A stretch of DNA of 64,000 nucleotides from positions 2,048 through 66,047 of the forward strand of contig CAYGQC010000001.1 of NCBI GenBank assembly GCA_964351875.1, written 5' to 3'. The position numbers and the translations under genes are program-made. This document shows, piece by piece, positions 1 to 10,053 of the stretch (the first letter of the stretch is position 1; the number at the start of each line of letters is the position of its first letter). The DNA is from an uncultured Pseudomonadales bacterium (GTDB lineage Bacteria; Pseudomonadota; Gammaproteobacteria; Pseudomonadales; Azotimanducaceae). Below the pieces are notes generated by a model that searched no databases, was not told where the DNA came from, and saw only the letters and a list, made by a program, of their open reading frames with translations.

Positions 1-912
1 AGCGCGCTAGAAGACTATCTTGAGCTAAGGCTCGGCAGCTTCACGTCAGCCGATCAGGCGGCCGTCGATGACCGCTTTGACGAGGCTATCTGGCATATCA
101 CCCAGATATGGCAAGAGTCGGACGAGCGCGCCGGGGACGACAACCCGCAAGCGTGGACCTACCTGGAGGCGTGGCTCGCCGGGGCAGACAAGCCATATCT
201 CCAGCGGCTATCGAGCGTGATCGAACAACCCGACGGAACGCTTTCGAGCACCTCCTTTCGCATCGAACAACCAGCCCCCTTCATCGGCCTGCACACTGGC
301 AAGCCCGTACCCGAGCAGGCGGGGACTGGGCTCATCAACATCAACGGCTGCACCTCAACCATCGTTCGCACCGGCCACATGCGTTTCGAAGGCAGCACCC
401 AGGGCAAACGCTGCGGCAACGAGTACAAGGGTGCGAGCTATGCGATCTCTCACTCCACGCTATTCGAGGGCGGCATGAGCAATTGGGATCGCGGGTTTGC
501 CGCGTCGGGTGAACAGGTATGGGGGCCCGCGAGCGGCGGCTACCGTTTTACCCGGGTAGGCAATGCCGGCCAGTGCAGCAAACCCGTTCGAATGCTCGTG
601 TACGGCGAAATCTTCGATCGCGCTCGCTTTGGCGCTTACGTGGGTGCGCTGGCGAAGGCTGAGATATACCCGGAGCACGGCGGCTACTACGAGGCCATCT
701 CACCGGTTCTGGACACATTCGAAGGAGAGCCACCGAAAAACCGAGGCGTTGTGATTGCGCGCTTCCCCTGCCTGCTCGCCGCACAACGCTTCTGGCAATC
801 CGACGCCTACCAGGCAATCAAGCCGCTGCGCGAGGGAGCAGCAGAATTTGAAGTAATCGTGTTGCCCGCACCACCCCTCCCGACCTACCTGGATGACCTC
901 ACCCCCTGGTGA
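1..912 (+). CDS. Partial protein, 5' end probably outside the window, with a C-terminal DUF1330-like domain
   Basis: Frame 1 is open from base 1 to TGA at 910-912. There is no in-frame ATG upstream of the GTG at 217. The C-terminal ~95 aa (RMLVYGEIFDRARFGAYVGAL...FPCLLAAQRFWQSDAYQAIKPLREGAAEFEVIVL) fits the DUF1330 pattern as I remember it. The N-terminal part is unrecognised. Confidence 0.5.
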   Translation, partial: SALEDYLELRLGSFTSADQAAVDDRFDEAIWHITQIWQESDERAGDDNPQAWTYLEAWLAGADKPYLQRLSSVIEQPDGTLSSTSFRIEQPAPFIGLHTGKPVPEQAGTGLININGCTSTIVRTGHMRFEGSTQGKRCGNEYKGASYAISHSTLFEGGMSNWDRGFAASGEQVWGPASGGYRFTRVGNAGQCSKPVRMLVYGEIFDRARFGAYVGALAKAEIYPEHGGYYEAISPVLDTFEGEPPKNRGVVIARFPCLLAAQRFWQSDAYQAIKPLREGAAEFEVIVLPAPPLPTYLDDLTPW

Positions 913-2918
913 GGCGTTGCCGAACCGAGGTGTCTAGCCAGAAAAGCCTCGACCGCCGACCACTTGGCAATCTCAATAGCCGAGTTGCTACGCCAGTGCT
1001 CTCCATCCTCCAGTTCCAGCAATTCGACCGGCCGCTTCAGCCGCTGCAACCGCTTGGCCAGCCGGCGCGAATGTTTGATCGGCACCACGGTGTCGTCGGT
1101 GCCGGCAAGCAGTAGCAGTGGCGAGCGAATATCACTGGCGCGGGCGAGTGGTGAGGCGCGCCGAACGTCTTTTGCTTCGTTCCAGACCGCTCGGTTGATC
1201 CCGAAAAACTCGAGGCTCCAGGCATCGTTGATGAGCGCTTTGAGATCGAGAACGCCGTTGATGGAAATACCGCACCGGTAGAGATCCGGCGTTTTCGCGA
1301 GCGCCATAGCAGCCGCATAGCCACCAAAGCTCGCGCCGACGATGCATATTCGCTCGGCGTCGACCTGACCGCGGTCGATCATCTCGAGCACGCCGTCGGT
1401 AATGTCATCCGAGATCGCCAGGCCCCACTGCCGGTAGCCCGCTTCCAGGTGCGCGCTGCCGAAACCGGTCGAGCCTCGATACTGAGGTTGCAGCACTGCG
1501 TAACCGCGACTCGCCAGAAACTGGACGACAGTATCGAAACCCGGATAGTCCCGCGCCCAGGGCCCGCCATGCACAAGCACTACGAGAGGAACAGGCTGGA
1601 CTCGGGTAGCCGCCTTCTGAGTTTTAGCAGCCGCAGGCTCTTGATAAGCAGCCGCAGGCGCTTCATAAGCAGCCGCAGGCGCTCTACCAACAGCCGCAGG
1701 CGCTTGCGGCATGGTCAGGTAAGCGGGAATGTTGAGGCCATCCCTGGCGGTGTAGTCAATTCGGCGCATCGGCGCGAGGGGCCAGTCATCGAGACAGCGG
1801 TAAGTGCGCGCCAATACTCCGACGCTGCCAGCCCCAAGATCGCTCAGAACATATCTGGGCGCTGTTGTGGAGGAAGAGACTCGCGCGACGTAGCGGCGGC
1901 CAGCATCGTCGGTTGACACGAGTTCAATCCGGCTGCCGGGATATGCTCTTCCCAACAACGCGAGCGCTCGCGCCTCGGCTTCATCCACGTACGGCCCGAG
2001 CAGTCTGTTCTCGCTGAGATCGAACGCGAAAACGAATGGCTTGCCACCATCAATGGCGTCATCCATCAGTTCAGCCGATGTCACCAGAAGCACGTTCCTC
2101 AGGTGGGGATGGAAACGCTGGGGCAGCAATCGGTGACGCTCGAAATAGCCCACATCCTGTAATACCACCCAGTCGCGATCCACCTCGGCGCGATAGTAGA
2201 TTCTCGTATCTAGAGAATTTGCACCTGTCGGTACCTGCACGCCGAGGCGGATTTCGCCCTGGGCATCTGCAAGCCATTGCGTAACCCCAATCCGGTTGCG
2301 TTGAACGAGCTTGCGCGTGCCTGTGACGACGTTAATGCGATGCACTCGGGGCAGCCCCCAGTTTGCGGCCTGCGGTTCGTTGTCCAGAATCGCCAGCACA
2401 TGCTCGGAGTCCTGTTCAAGACGGCTGACCAACGAAGACGTCAGCCGTGCAAATCCAAGCTCATTGTGGTTCTGGTGGAAATCAAGTCGCTGACCACCGG
2501 CAACGTCGACACTCGACAGCAGGATCTGCTGGACCTTGCGACCAAGCACAACCTCTACAGCTCGCGTTCGAAAGAGTAGCCGCTCATCACTCGCCCAATC
2601 GTGATCGACCAGAATTCTTTCGCCAACATCGATTCTAACGCCGGGCAGAGGCGCCGGACTGTCGGCCGAGACTATCGGTTGAATCACCAACTGCGTGCGG
2701 CCACCACTGATCACAATGGCGGCGTAACGCAGCCCATCTGGACTCAACTTGACGTCCCGGACCACTGGCAACGACGCAAAGGCCGCGACGGCGGGCGGGC
2801 CGCTCGCAACCTCCGCAGCGAAGGCGGATGGCGATCCTGCGAGCAACAGCGCAGCGCATAACAAGCTGGACAGTGAGTCTCTCGTCCGCAGGCGCGCTAG
2901 GCTAAAACGCTGGCTCAT
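885..2918 (-). CDS. Secreted S9-family serine peptidase (prolyl oligopeptidase / dipeptidyl aminopeptidase-like, alpha/beta hydrolase C-domain)
   Basis: GxSxGG nucleophile elbow (IVGASFGGYAA), HGGPWARD, and a C-terminal DD...P/GEHW pattern. Start moved to the ATG at 2918 (MSQRFSLARL...), which gives a signal peptide ending AFA-AEV. The 715-aa ORF in the track is an upstream extension. Confidence 0.8.
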   Translation of the reverse strand: MSQRFSLARLRTRDSLSSLLCAALLLAGSPSAFAAEVASGPPAVAAFASLPVVRDVKLSPDGLRYAAIVISGGRTQLVIQPIVSADSPAPLPGVRIDVGERILVDHDWASDERLLFRTRAVEVVLGRKVQQILLSSVDVAGGQRLDFHQNHNELGFARLTSSLVSRLEQDSEHVLAILDNEPQAANWGLPRVHRINVVTGTRKLVQRNRIGVTQWLADAQGEIRLGVQVPTGANSLDTRIYYRAEVDRDWVVLQDVGYFERHRLLPQRFHPHLRNVLLVTSAELMDDAIDGGKPFVFAFDLSENRLLGPYVDEAEARALALLGRAYPGSRIELVSTDDAGRRYVARVSSSTTAPRYVLSDLGAGSVGVLARTYRCLDDWPLAPMRRIDYTARDGLNIPAYLTMPQAPAAVGRAPAAAYEAPAAAYQEPAAAKTQKAATRVQPVPLVVLVHGGPWARDYPGFDTVVQFLASRGYAVLQPQYRGSTGFGSAHLEAGYRQWGLAISDDITDGVLEMIDRGQVDAERICIVGASFGGYAAAMALAKTPDLYRCGISINGVLDLKALINDAWSLEFFGINRAVWNEAKDVRRASPLARASDIRSPLLLLAGTDDTVVPIKHSRRLAKRLQRLKRPVELLELEDGEHWRSNSAIEIAKWSAVEAFLARHLGSATPHQGVRSSR
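1626..1710. repeat. In-frame imperfect tandem repeat, about 4 units of 21-24 bp (AGCAGCCGCAGGCGCTTCATA-like) inside the S9 peptidase gene
   Basis: Direct reading gives agcagccgcaggctcttgata / agcagccgcaggcgcttcata / agcagccgcaggcgctctaccaac / agccgcaggcgcttgcggc. It encodes APAAAYEAPAAAYQEPAAA between the N-terminal and catalytic domains. Confidence 0.85.
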
Positions 2919-3049
2919 GATCCGAAAGATACCACTGCGCGCGGCTCGCGCATTCAGTTCCTGGTTGCCGCCACACGGCTCGACATATTTTACTCGACGC
3001 CCGCACACCATTGCCTGGTAATAAAACCGCACTGGAGCGAGCCTCGACT

Positions 3050-3739
3050 CTAAGCCTGTAACTCGACGGCCTGTTCCTGAACGGCACCGGCCAGAGCGGG
3101 CGGCAGATTGAGCGCGCTCCGCAAGTCACTGAGGTACGTCTGCGCTGCAGAGGCGGATTCGTCAACCGCAAGTACGCTGGCCAGATAGACCTCAACGGCC
3201 AAAGCCTGGTGCGAGACGAGACTCGCGACCGACTGGGCTGACCTGGCCTGCCGCATTTCGTCAAACAGCGCCGCCTTGTCATCAGCGTCGAGTTCCAGCG
3301 CATTCACCTGCTCGAAAATTCGCTGCTGCTCGCCACCGTCAATGTGGCCGTCCGCCATGGCCGCTGCGACCATGGCTTGAACCACAACAAAGGCGTCGCT
3401 ACCGACGGAATCGATCTGATCCAGGTTATCGAAGGTTTCGTGCTCGATGAATTGCTGACCCTGATCAGTCTGCAACTTCGCGCCAGAACTGGCGGCTATG
3501 CCAACCCCGGAAGCGACTGCATCAGAGGACGCCGCCTGGTTATCCCGATAGGAGCTGTAAGCCTTCCATGCCAGTGCCCCGAGAGCTGCCACGCCGCCAA
3601 CCTTGGCGACGGTCTTAGCCGTCTTGCGGCCTTTCTTAGTCATCAATGAGCCGGCAAGCAGCCCGCCGGCGGCGCCGCCAAGCAAGCCTTTTGACAAGCC
3701 GCTGCTAGTAACCGCGCCGAGAATCTTGTTCACATCCAC
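3050..3739 (-). CDS. DUF533 / YebE-like inner-membrane protein with TerB-like C-terminal domain
   Basis: Gly-rich N-terminus, one hydrophobic segment (VGGVAALGALAWKAY), and a C-terminal AAAMADGHIDGGEQQRIF...EVYLASVLAVD pattern typical of DUF533. Confidence 0.7.
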   Translation of the reverse strand: MDVNKILGAVTSSGLSKGLLGGAAGGLLAGSLMTKKGRKTAKTVAKVGGVAALGALAWKAYSSYRDNQAASSDAVASGVGIAASSGAKLQTDQGQQFIEHETFDNLDQIDSVGSDAFVVVQAMVAAAMADGHIDGGEQQRIFEQVNALELDADDKAALFDEMRQARSAQSVASLVSHQALAVEVYLASVLAVDESASAAQTYLSDLRSALNLPPALAGAVQEQAVELQA

Positions 3740-3955
3740 GTCGAATTCACTCCATCTGGGGATATGCCTGTCACTATGGCGATCGACAAATGTTCGGTAT
3801 ATCCGCTCTTTTCATAACCACGATTCGGCGCAGCCGATCCATTCAAGCAATCCCTATGGAACGAGCTTTTCGAATGTTCGCGGCGCAAATGGCGACTATT
3901 CAGCACAACAATCAACCGCGACTATGAAGGCCTTCTTCAAGGCGAGCACGTTCAA

Positions 3956-4261
3956 ATGCCGAGGTTTGCAGTGGTTGGTGAGGTCGCACCGGAGCTCGAG
4001 GCTGTCATCGATCGGCAGGCTGGAATGATGCTCGGCTCACTGGAACCCGAAATCCACTGCCTTACCCTCACGGTCAGCCGAACGACAGGCGTACGTGACG
4101 CTGACAGGCGCTACCAGTGCCGTCTCAGCGCGTCATTCGCGTCAGGCAGTGTCGAGGAATTCAAAGCGGAGCATCCTGACTTTCGAACCGCCCTGACTGA
4201 CGCTTTTCGGCGGACGCAGCGCGAAGCCATGCGGCGCCGACTGCGACGGCGCGCCAGCTAA
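3956..4261 (+). CDS. Small basic hypothetical protein, possibly with an HPF/RaiA-like fold
   Basis: 101-aa ORF in an otherwise empty gap. The beta-alpha-beta-beta-beta-alpha-like residue pattern and Arg-rich tail (REAMRRRLRRRAS) loosely recall ribosome-associated HPF/YfiA proteins. This is a weak assignment. Confidence 0.3.
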   Translation: MPRFAVVGEVAPELEAVIDRQAGMMLGSLEPEIHCLTLTVSRTTGVRDADRRYQCRLSASFASGSVEEFKAEHPDFRTALTDAFRRTQREAMRRRLRRRAS

Positions 4262-4281
4262 GTCTCAGCGCGCCTGCACGG

Positions 4282-5184
4282 CTAACCGGCGAACAGACTC
4301 TCGCGCGCCATTTCAGTGATGCAGCGGACCGCCGGGTGTTTGATCTTCCGCTCAGGTGAGATCGCGTAATAGGTCTCCGAGACGCCTTCAATGCTGCCAA
4401 TTGGCTTTGCACGATACATTTGACTGATCTCTTCCGAAATCGCCGTTGGGGCCGGAAACACGCCTGCCCCAGCTTCGCCGAAGGCTTTCAATAACGCGCT
4501 GTCATCAAACTCTGCGACCACATTGGGCGAGACGTCTATCCGCTCAAAGTAGTCATCGAGACTGCGCCGCAAAGCGCTCGAACTTATTGGCAACAGAACT
4601 GGCGCCTTGTCCAGCGATCTCGGGAAGTTCCGCTCATACTTGGCGGCGATCTTCTTGGAGGCGAAGAAGGAGATACCGCTTTCACCCAGCGCGTGGTTAT
4701 ACGCTTTCACGTTCAGACCTGTGGGAATCGGACGGTCCGAGATAACCATATCGAGACGATGGACAGCCAGATCACCGAGCAACTTCTCGAGATCAGCTTC
4801 ATAACAGACCACGCGAATAGGATCCTCGAGTTGCAGCGCAGGTTCGACAATCCGGTACGCGATCAGCTTGGCAATGGAGTTGACGATGCCGACATTGACC
4901 GCCACCGGAACACCCGGTTCTTTACTCTTTACCCGCTGCGTAAGTTCAGCCCCGAGCGTGAAAATCTCGTCGGCATACTGATACACCACACGACCGGAAT
5001 CCGTGAGGGCTAGCCCGCGACCAACTCGCTGGAACAGGGGCTCACCAACGGACTGCTCAAGCAGTTTGATCTGGCCGCTGATGGTTTGCGGTGTCAGGTA
5101 CAAGGCCTCGGACGCTCGCGCGATGCTGCCTTCCCTCGCGACGGTCCAGAAATAAAGAAGGTGGTTGTAGTTTAGATGCCGCAT
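4282..5184 (-). CDS. nhaR: LysR-family transcriptional regulator, NhaR-like
   Basis: N-terminus MRHLNYNHLLYFWTVAREGSIARASEALYLTPQTISGQIKLLE is the characteristic NhaR-type wHTH. ATG at 5184 is preferred over the TTG at 5187. Confidence 0.75.
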   Translation of the reverse strand: MRHLNYNHLLYFWTVAREGSIARASEALYLTPQTISGQIKLLEQSVGEPLFQRVGRGLALTDSGRVVYQYADEIFTLGAELTQRVKSKEPGVPVAVNVGIVNSIAKLIAYRIVEPALQLEDPIRVVCYEADLEKLLGDLAVHRLDMVISDRPIPTGLNVKAYNHALGESGISFFASKKIAAKYERNFPRSLDKAPVLLPISSSALRRSLDDYFERIDVSPNVVAEFDDSALLKAFGEAGAGVFPAPTAISEEISQMYRAKPIGSIEGVSETYYAISPERKIKHPAVRCITEMARESLFAG

Positions 5185-5378
5185 CAACGCAGATCCTGCT
5201 GGGACGTCTCACGGTGGTCTCCGCGCGCTAGAGCTGCGCGCCGGGCAACCTGTCGAGCCCGAACGTAATCCGGCCGCACTTTTTTGCGTCGAGAGAAGCT
5301 GACCATCACTGTCAGCAGAACCGCAGAAGCGATCGCCAGAGCAATCAAGGTATAAACGGACACATTCAACTCCCTCAT
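5184..5378 (-). CDS. Small single-pass membrane protein (hypothetical)
   Basis: MRELNVSVYTLIALAIASAVLLTVMVSF followed by a basic tail. Its TGA shares one nucleotide with the nhaR ATG (TGATG at 5182-5186), suggesting translational coupling. No family recognised. Confidence 0.4.
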   Translation of the reverse strand: MRELNVSVYTLIALAIASAVLLTVMVSFSRRKKVRPDYVRARQVARRAALARGDHRETSQQDLR

Positions 5379-5687
5379 GGCCAAACCAGACTTGGACACC
5401 AGCGCGTTTACTGCGCTCGGCGAGACTATCATGACGGCCCCGATAATAAGTTTTAGTCGATTTATCCGCCTCTATAATTCGTTATATCCGATTAGTCTGG
5501 CAAGCAAGGCTCGCGAGTTCATTGAGAGCATCCGCGCCTCCGAAGCGGCACGCGAGGCGCGCTCAATCAGATTCCAGCTTTCATTTCGCCCCTAACGAGC
5601 TTGATCGTTCGATACAATGCCCGCGCACAAATGGAGCGTCCGGCACGGCGCGACCAACCTGAAACAAGCCAGTGAGGGCTTACCGTC

Positions 5688-6860
5688 ATGACGCTCGATC
5701 AACCACGCCGCGTGGGCATACTCGGCGGCGGCCAGCTGGCCATGATGCTCTGCGAAGCGGCCGGAGCTATTAATCTCGAGACCATCGTGCTGACTCCTGA
5801 CACCGAGAGCGCAGCCGCACTGGTCGCAACAGACATGATCTACGCAAGCCTCAGTGATGAGCAGGCCGTTGCCCAACTCATCGCGTTAAGTGACGTAATC
5901 ACCTTCGAACTGGAAGATATCCCCACGAATACGCTGGAAGCGCTGGGGCGAGCCGTAGACGAGCGCAGTGCTGAAGTGCATCCGAGTCCGACAACGCTGG
6001 CAAAACTGCAGAACAAGGGCCTGCAGAAGCACTGGCTGCGCACCAACAACCGGGCAACGGCGCCCTACTACACGTTGGCCGGCGACCCAGATGACGACCT
6101 GGCTCTGGCGAGAACGATGCCGCTGCCTCTCGTACAGAAGGCGGAGCGCGGAGGCTACGACGGACGCGGCGTTCAGGTTTTGCGCAGCGAACAGGATCTC
6201 AACAAGCTCTGGCCGGTCGCTTCTTTTCTCGAGCCATTTGTTGAGCACCAACTCGAGCTCGCAGTGATCGTCGCCCGCTCGACCACCGGCGAGGTCCGCT
6301 GCTTTGCACCGGTGCACCTGACCTTCGACAGCGAGGACAACATACTCGATACCGTCACCTCTCCCGCCAATGTCAGCGAGCAGATCGCCCGCGACGCGAC
6401 CGCCTTGGCGACCCGGGCAATCAACGCGCTCGACGCCGCTGGCGTGTTCGCAGTAGAGCTTTTCCTCACGACCGATGGAGAACTGCTGATCAACGAGATA
6501 TCACCACGCGTGCACAACGCCGGCCATCTCACGGTTGAGGCCAGCAGCGTCAGCCAGTTTGAGCTGCAACTGCGAACGGTCACGGGCATGCCACTGCCTG
6601 AAGCAGACAACCATCACGCGGCCGTGATGAAAAACATTCTCTTCAGCGAACCCTTGAGCGGGTTCTGCAACAATGAGGCGATGACCTTCGCCAACTCCGC
6701 GGGCGATGTTTTCACCCACTGGTATGGGAAAAAAGGCAGTAAGCCGAAGCGCAAAATGGGCCACATCACGGCACTCGCGGACGACCGCACCCAAGCCGCA
6801 GCAAAAGCGGAAGAAGGGCTGCTGAGCCTCATCGAACTAGCCCAGGAAGGAGCCGCATGA
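5688..6860 (+). CDS. purK: N5-carboxyaminoimidazole ribonucleotide synthase (ATP-grasp)
   Basis: N-terminal [13 protein letters not shown], an ATP-grasp core ([23 protein letters not shown]) and a C-terminal RKMGHIT motif. Confidence 0.92.
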   Translation: MTLDQPRRVGILGGGQLAMMLCEAAGAINLETIVLTPDTESAAALVATDMIYASLSDEQAVAQLIALSDVITFELEDIPTNTLEALGRAVDERSAEVHPSPTTLAKLQNKGLQKHWLRTNNRATAPYYTLAGDPDDDLALARTMPLPLVQKAERGGYDGRGVQVLRSEQDLNKLWPVASFLEPFVEHQLELAVIVARSTTGEVRCFAPVHLTFDSEDNILDTVTSPANVSEQIARDATALATRAINALDAAGVFAVELFLTTDGELLINEISPRVHNAGHLTVEASSVSQFELQLRTVTGMPLPEADNHHAAVMKNILFSEPLSGFCNNEAMTFANSAGDVFTHWYGKKGSKPKRKMGHITALADDRTQAAAKAEEGLLSLIELAQEGAA

Positions 6861-7348
6861 CAGCCCAGGTTGGAATCATTATGGGGAGCGCTTCGGACCT
6901 GCCGGTCATGCAGGCCGCCGCAGATATTCTCAGCATGTTCGAGGTGCCCTTCGAACTCGATATCGTCAGCGCGCATCGAACCCCCGACAAACTGTACGAG
7001 TATTCGACAAGCGCGAGAGCGCGTGGTCTCAAGGTCATCATCGCCGGGGCCGGTGGCGCCGCCCACCTGCCAGGCATGGTTGCGGCACTGAGCCCGCTGC
7101 CGGTTATCGGCGTTCCTGTCAGCGCCACCAAGCTGGCCGGCGAAGACTCGCTTTTATCGATAGTGCAAATGCCAGCCGGCGTGCCCGTAGCGACCGTTGC
7201 AATCGACAACGCAACCAACGCCGGCATTCTCGCGGCGCAGATACTCGCAACCGGGGACGCCGAACTCATGGATCGCGTGCAGCGCTACAAGGACGATCTG
7301 AAAAAGAAGATCATCGCTTCATCGAAGGAACATCGTCGTGACGCCTGA
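6857..7348 (+). CDS. purE: N5-CAIR mutase
   Basis: [21 protein letters not shown] and [13 protein letters not shown] motifs. There is a 4-nt ATGA overlap with purK. Confidence 0.95.
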   Translation: MTAQVGIIMGSASDLPVMQAAADILSMFEVPFELDIVSAHRTPDKLYEYSTSARARGLKVIIAGAGGAAHLPGMVAALSPLPVIGVPVSATKLAGEDSLLSIVQMPAGVPVATVAIDNATNAGILAAQILATGDAELMDRVQRYKDDLKKKIIASSKEHRRDA

Positions 7349-7403
7349 CCGGATGACAAACCAGACCAAGCCGTCCACATCGCAGAGCGATCGGTAGCGG
7401 CCG

Positions 7404-8399
7404 TTGGAATCACTATTCTTAAGCAACCTCACTGCGCCGCCGCTGCTGTTTTTCTTCCTGGGCGCGCTCGCTGCGTTTGCCCGATCGGATCTTGAGATAC
7501 CTACGCAGATCGGCAAGTTCCTGTCGCTCTACCTGCTTATGGCGATCGGCTTCAAAGGCGGCCTCGCGCTCTCGGCCAGTCCGCTCGATGCGAGCGTAGC
7601 GCGTGACCTGGGCGTAGCGCTGTGCCTGGCCTTCATCGTCCCCATATACGCTTTCTATCTGATTAAACGCTTCACGCCCGCGGCAGATGCAGCTGCTATA
7701 GCAGCCACGTATGGCTCAATCAGCGCGGTCACTTTCGTTACAGGCACCAGTTATCTCGACTCGCTCGGCGTGCCATGGAGCGGTCACCTGGTGGCTGCGA
7801 TGGCGTTGATGGAATCCCCAGCCATCATTATCGGCATCGTGCTGTACCAGACCGCCAACCGCGACGATGCGAACGCCGCCGGCCTGAACTGGCGAGCGAT
7901 AGGCCGGGAAGCATGCCTGAACGGGTCGGTAGTGCTGATCACAGGTGCGCTCGTCATCGGCTATGTCGCGAGCCCGAGCGCAGCAGCGCAGATCACTCCG
8001 TTCACGGCGGATCTGTTTGTCGGCATGCTCTGCCTGTTCCTTCTCGACATGGGCATTGTCGCAGCACGCCGTTTGCAGGATCTTCGCAAGGTGGGTGGCC
8101 GAGCGCAGCAATCGCCAGGCGTCCTGCTGGTGTTTGCGATCGCTCTGCCGTTAGTGAACGCGACGCTCACGGCATTCGTCGCCGTCTGGCTGGGTCTGCC
8201 TGAAGGCGATGCGCTTTTGCTGACGCTGCTGGGCGCAAGTGCCTCCTACATCGCCGTACCGGCCGCCATGCGTTTGGCGCTGCCGCAGGCAAACCCAAGC
8301 ATCTATCTGTCCATGTCCCTGGCAGCCACCTTCCCGTTCAACCTGCTTATCGGCATACCGCTGTATCACCAGTTCACGCTGTGGCTCGCCGCCACATAA
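7404..8399 (+). CDS. sbtA: SbtA-family (DUF897) putative sodium-dependent bicarbonate transporter
   Basis: About 10 hydrophobic segments. FLSNL..PP.LFFFLG...SDLEIP, YGSISAVTF and GASASYIAVPAAMRLALPQANPSIYL align with cyanobacterial SbtA motifs as I recall them. The start is a TTG and is uncertain. Confidence 0.75.
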   Translation: MESLFLSNLTAPPLLFFFLGALAAFARSDLEIPTQIGKFLSLYLLMAIGFKGGLALSASPLDASVARDLGVALCLAFIVPIYAFYLIKRFTPAADAAAIAATYGSISAVTFVTGTSYLDSLGVPWSGHLVAAMALMESPAIIIGIVLYQTANRDDANAAGLNWRAIGREACLNGSVVLITGALVIGYVASPSAAAQITPFTADLFVGMLCLFLLDMGIVAARRLQDLRKVGGRAQQSPGVLLVFAIALPLVNATLTAFVAVWLGLPEGDALLLTLLGASASYIAVPAAMRLALPQANPSIYLSMSLAATFPFNLLIGIPLYHQFTLWLAAT

Positions 8400-8415
8400 T
8401 CCGGGAGAGGCGCGC

Positions 8416-8712
8416 ATGAAACCCTGCAAACGCATCGAAATCGTCGTGGAAGAAGCCCTTACCCGACGCCTGGAAGCACTGCTGGAGACTCTGGGTGCAC
8501 CGGGCTACACCATGCTCCCTCGGGCAAGCGGTAACGGCGATCGCGGTGCGCGGCGCGGCGACGACCCAACCGGCACGTTTACCAACTGCGTGTTTATCAT
8601 CGCCTGCGACGACGAAGCGACCGTCGTCGCGATCGTAGACGGCGTGCGCCCGTTGCTTGAACGATCCGGTGGCATCTGTCTGGTCAGCGACGCGATGTGG
8701 GTTCGCCACTGA
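8416..8712 (+). CDS. sbtB: PII-like signalling protein, SbtB-like
   Basis: 98 aa: MKPCKRIEIVVEEALTRRLEALLETLGAPGYTMLPRASGNGDRG... shows a PII-like ferredoxin fold pattern with a T-loop-like segment. It lies 16 nt after sbtA, with GGGAGAGG upstream of the ATG at 8416. The 157-aa ORF in the track is an extension into sbtA. Confidence 0.7.
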   Translation: MKPCKRIEIVVEEALTRRLEALLETLGAPGYTMLPRASGNGDRGARRGDDPTGTFTNCVFIIACDDEATVVAIVDGVRPLLERSGGICLVSDAMWVRH

Positions 8713-8799
8713 CGCCAGAGTGTTACTGAAAGGCAGAGCTATCGCAGCGCAACAAGAAGAAAAACGTGCCGAATGGCAGGCGGGGCAGTCCGCCCTGGC

Positions 8800-10032
8800 C
8801 TAGTCCTTCGCCTCGAGGTTTGCTGGCGCAGGATCTGCGGCTGCGGATTTATCCAACGTCGCGCGCAGTACCAGAAATCCGCAGACACCGGAGAGAACCG
8901 AGCCAACGATGATGCCGAGACGCTCGTCAAACAGCTGATTTACGCCGCTTTGCTCAAACGCTAACGAGCCGATAAACAAACTCATCGTAAAGCCGACACC
9001 ACACAGTAGAGCGGTGCCGTAGACGTGCGGCCAGCGCATGTCTGATGGCAGCTTTGTAAGCTTCAATGCAACGCCGAGCCAACAGAACAACACCACGCCA
9101 ATCTGCTTGCCAAGGAACAGGCCCAGAATGATGCCGAGCGGTACAGGGTGCAGAAGGGAATCCAGCGTCACGCCGGACAAATTAATTCCAGCATTGGCAA
9201 AGGCAAAGATTGGCAGGATACCGAACGCAACCGCCGTGTGCAGATCGTGTTCGAGGTCATGTAAGGGCGATGCTTCCGTGCGTCGGTCGCGCATGGGAAT
9301 GAACCCAGCCAACAGCACACCAGCAAGCGTAGCGTGTACGCCTGACTTAAGCATGGCTACCCAGATCACGAGCCCAATCAGGATGTAGGGCGTTTTCTCC
9401 ACCACCCCCCGCCGGTTCATTAGAAACAGGATGGGCACGCAGGCAAGGGCAACCGTCAGTGAGGTTACTGACAGCTCACTCGTGTAGAAGATAGCGATGA
9501 TCGCGATCGCACCGATGTCGTCGAATATCGCAATGGACACTAGAAAGATCTTCAGCGATAGCGGAACCCGGCTACCAAGCAGCGCGAGAATCGCCAACGC
9601 GAAAGCAATGTCCGTCGCCGCCGGGATCGCCCAGCCCTGCAGCGCCGTCGGGTCACCGGCATTGATGCTGACGTAAATCAACGCAGGCACCGCCATACCG
9701 CCAATAGCCCCGAGCCCGGGCAGTATGACCTGGCTCAATTCAGAGAGCTGGCCTTCGAGCACCTCACGCTTCAGCTCCAGGCCGACAAGAAAGAAGAACA
9801 CCGCCATCAGCCCGTCGTTGATCCATAACAACAGTGGCTTCGCTATCTCGAGACCGCCGACTCTAACCTCAACGGGTAGCTTGATAAGAGAATCGTAGAG
9901 CGGCGACAACGGTGAGTTGGCAACAATCATCGCGCCAACGGCGGCTGCTACGAGAAGCAAACCGCTCGACGCCTCGAGTTTTAGAAAGTCTTTGAATGAA
10001 TCCCACATGCCGCGATTGAGGCTCCCTTTCAA
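8800..10032 (-). CDS. nhaA: Na+/H+ antiporter NhaA
   Basis: [47 protein letters not shown] and [14 protein letters not shown] closely match E. coli NhaA. Confidence 0.95.
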   Translation of the reverse strand: MKGSLNRGMWDSFKDFLKLEASSGLLLVAAAVGAMIVANSPLSPLYDSLIKLPVEVRVGGLEIAKPLLLWINDGLMAVFFFLVGLELKREVLEGQLSELSQVILPGLGAIGGMAVPALIYVSINAGDPTALQGWAIPAATDIAFALAILALLGSRVPLSLKIFLVSIAIFDDIGAIAIIAIFYTSELSVTSLTVALACVPILFLMNRRGVVEKTPYILIGLVIWVAMLKSGVHATLAGVLLAGFIPMRDRRTEASPLHDLEHDLHTAVAFGILPIFAFANAGINLSGVTLDSLLHPVPLGIILGLFLGKQIGVVLFCWLGVALKLTKLPSDMRWPHVYGTALLCGVGFTMSLFIGSLAFEQSGVNQLFDERLGIIVGSVLSGVCGFLVLRATLDKSAAADPAPANLEAKD

Positions 10033-10053
10033 TTCTGTGTCAATTCGGTTTGC

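Noticed and set aside
2919-3032. N-terminal 38-codon extension of the S9 peptidase ORF. Analogous upstream extensions occur for hfq (to 22208), beta-CA (to 10845), sbtB (from 8239), cpdA (to 50419), waaA (to 54192), lpxL (from 57999) and serB (to 44045).
   Set aside because: The internal starts give canonical N-termini or signal peptides and remove overlaps with neighbouring genes. The extensions are simply open upstream sequence.
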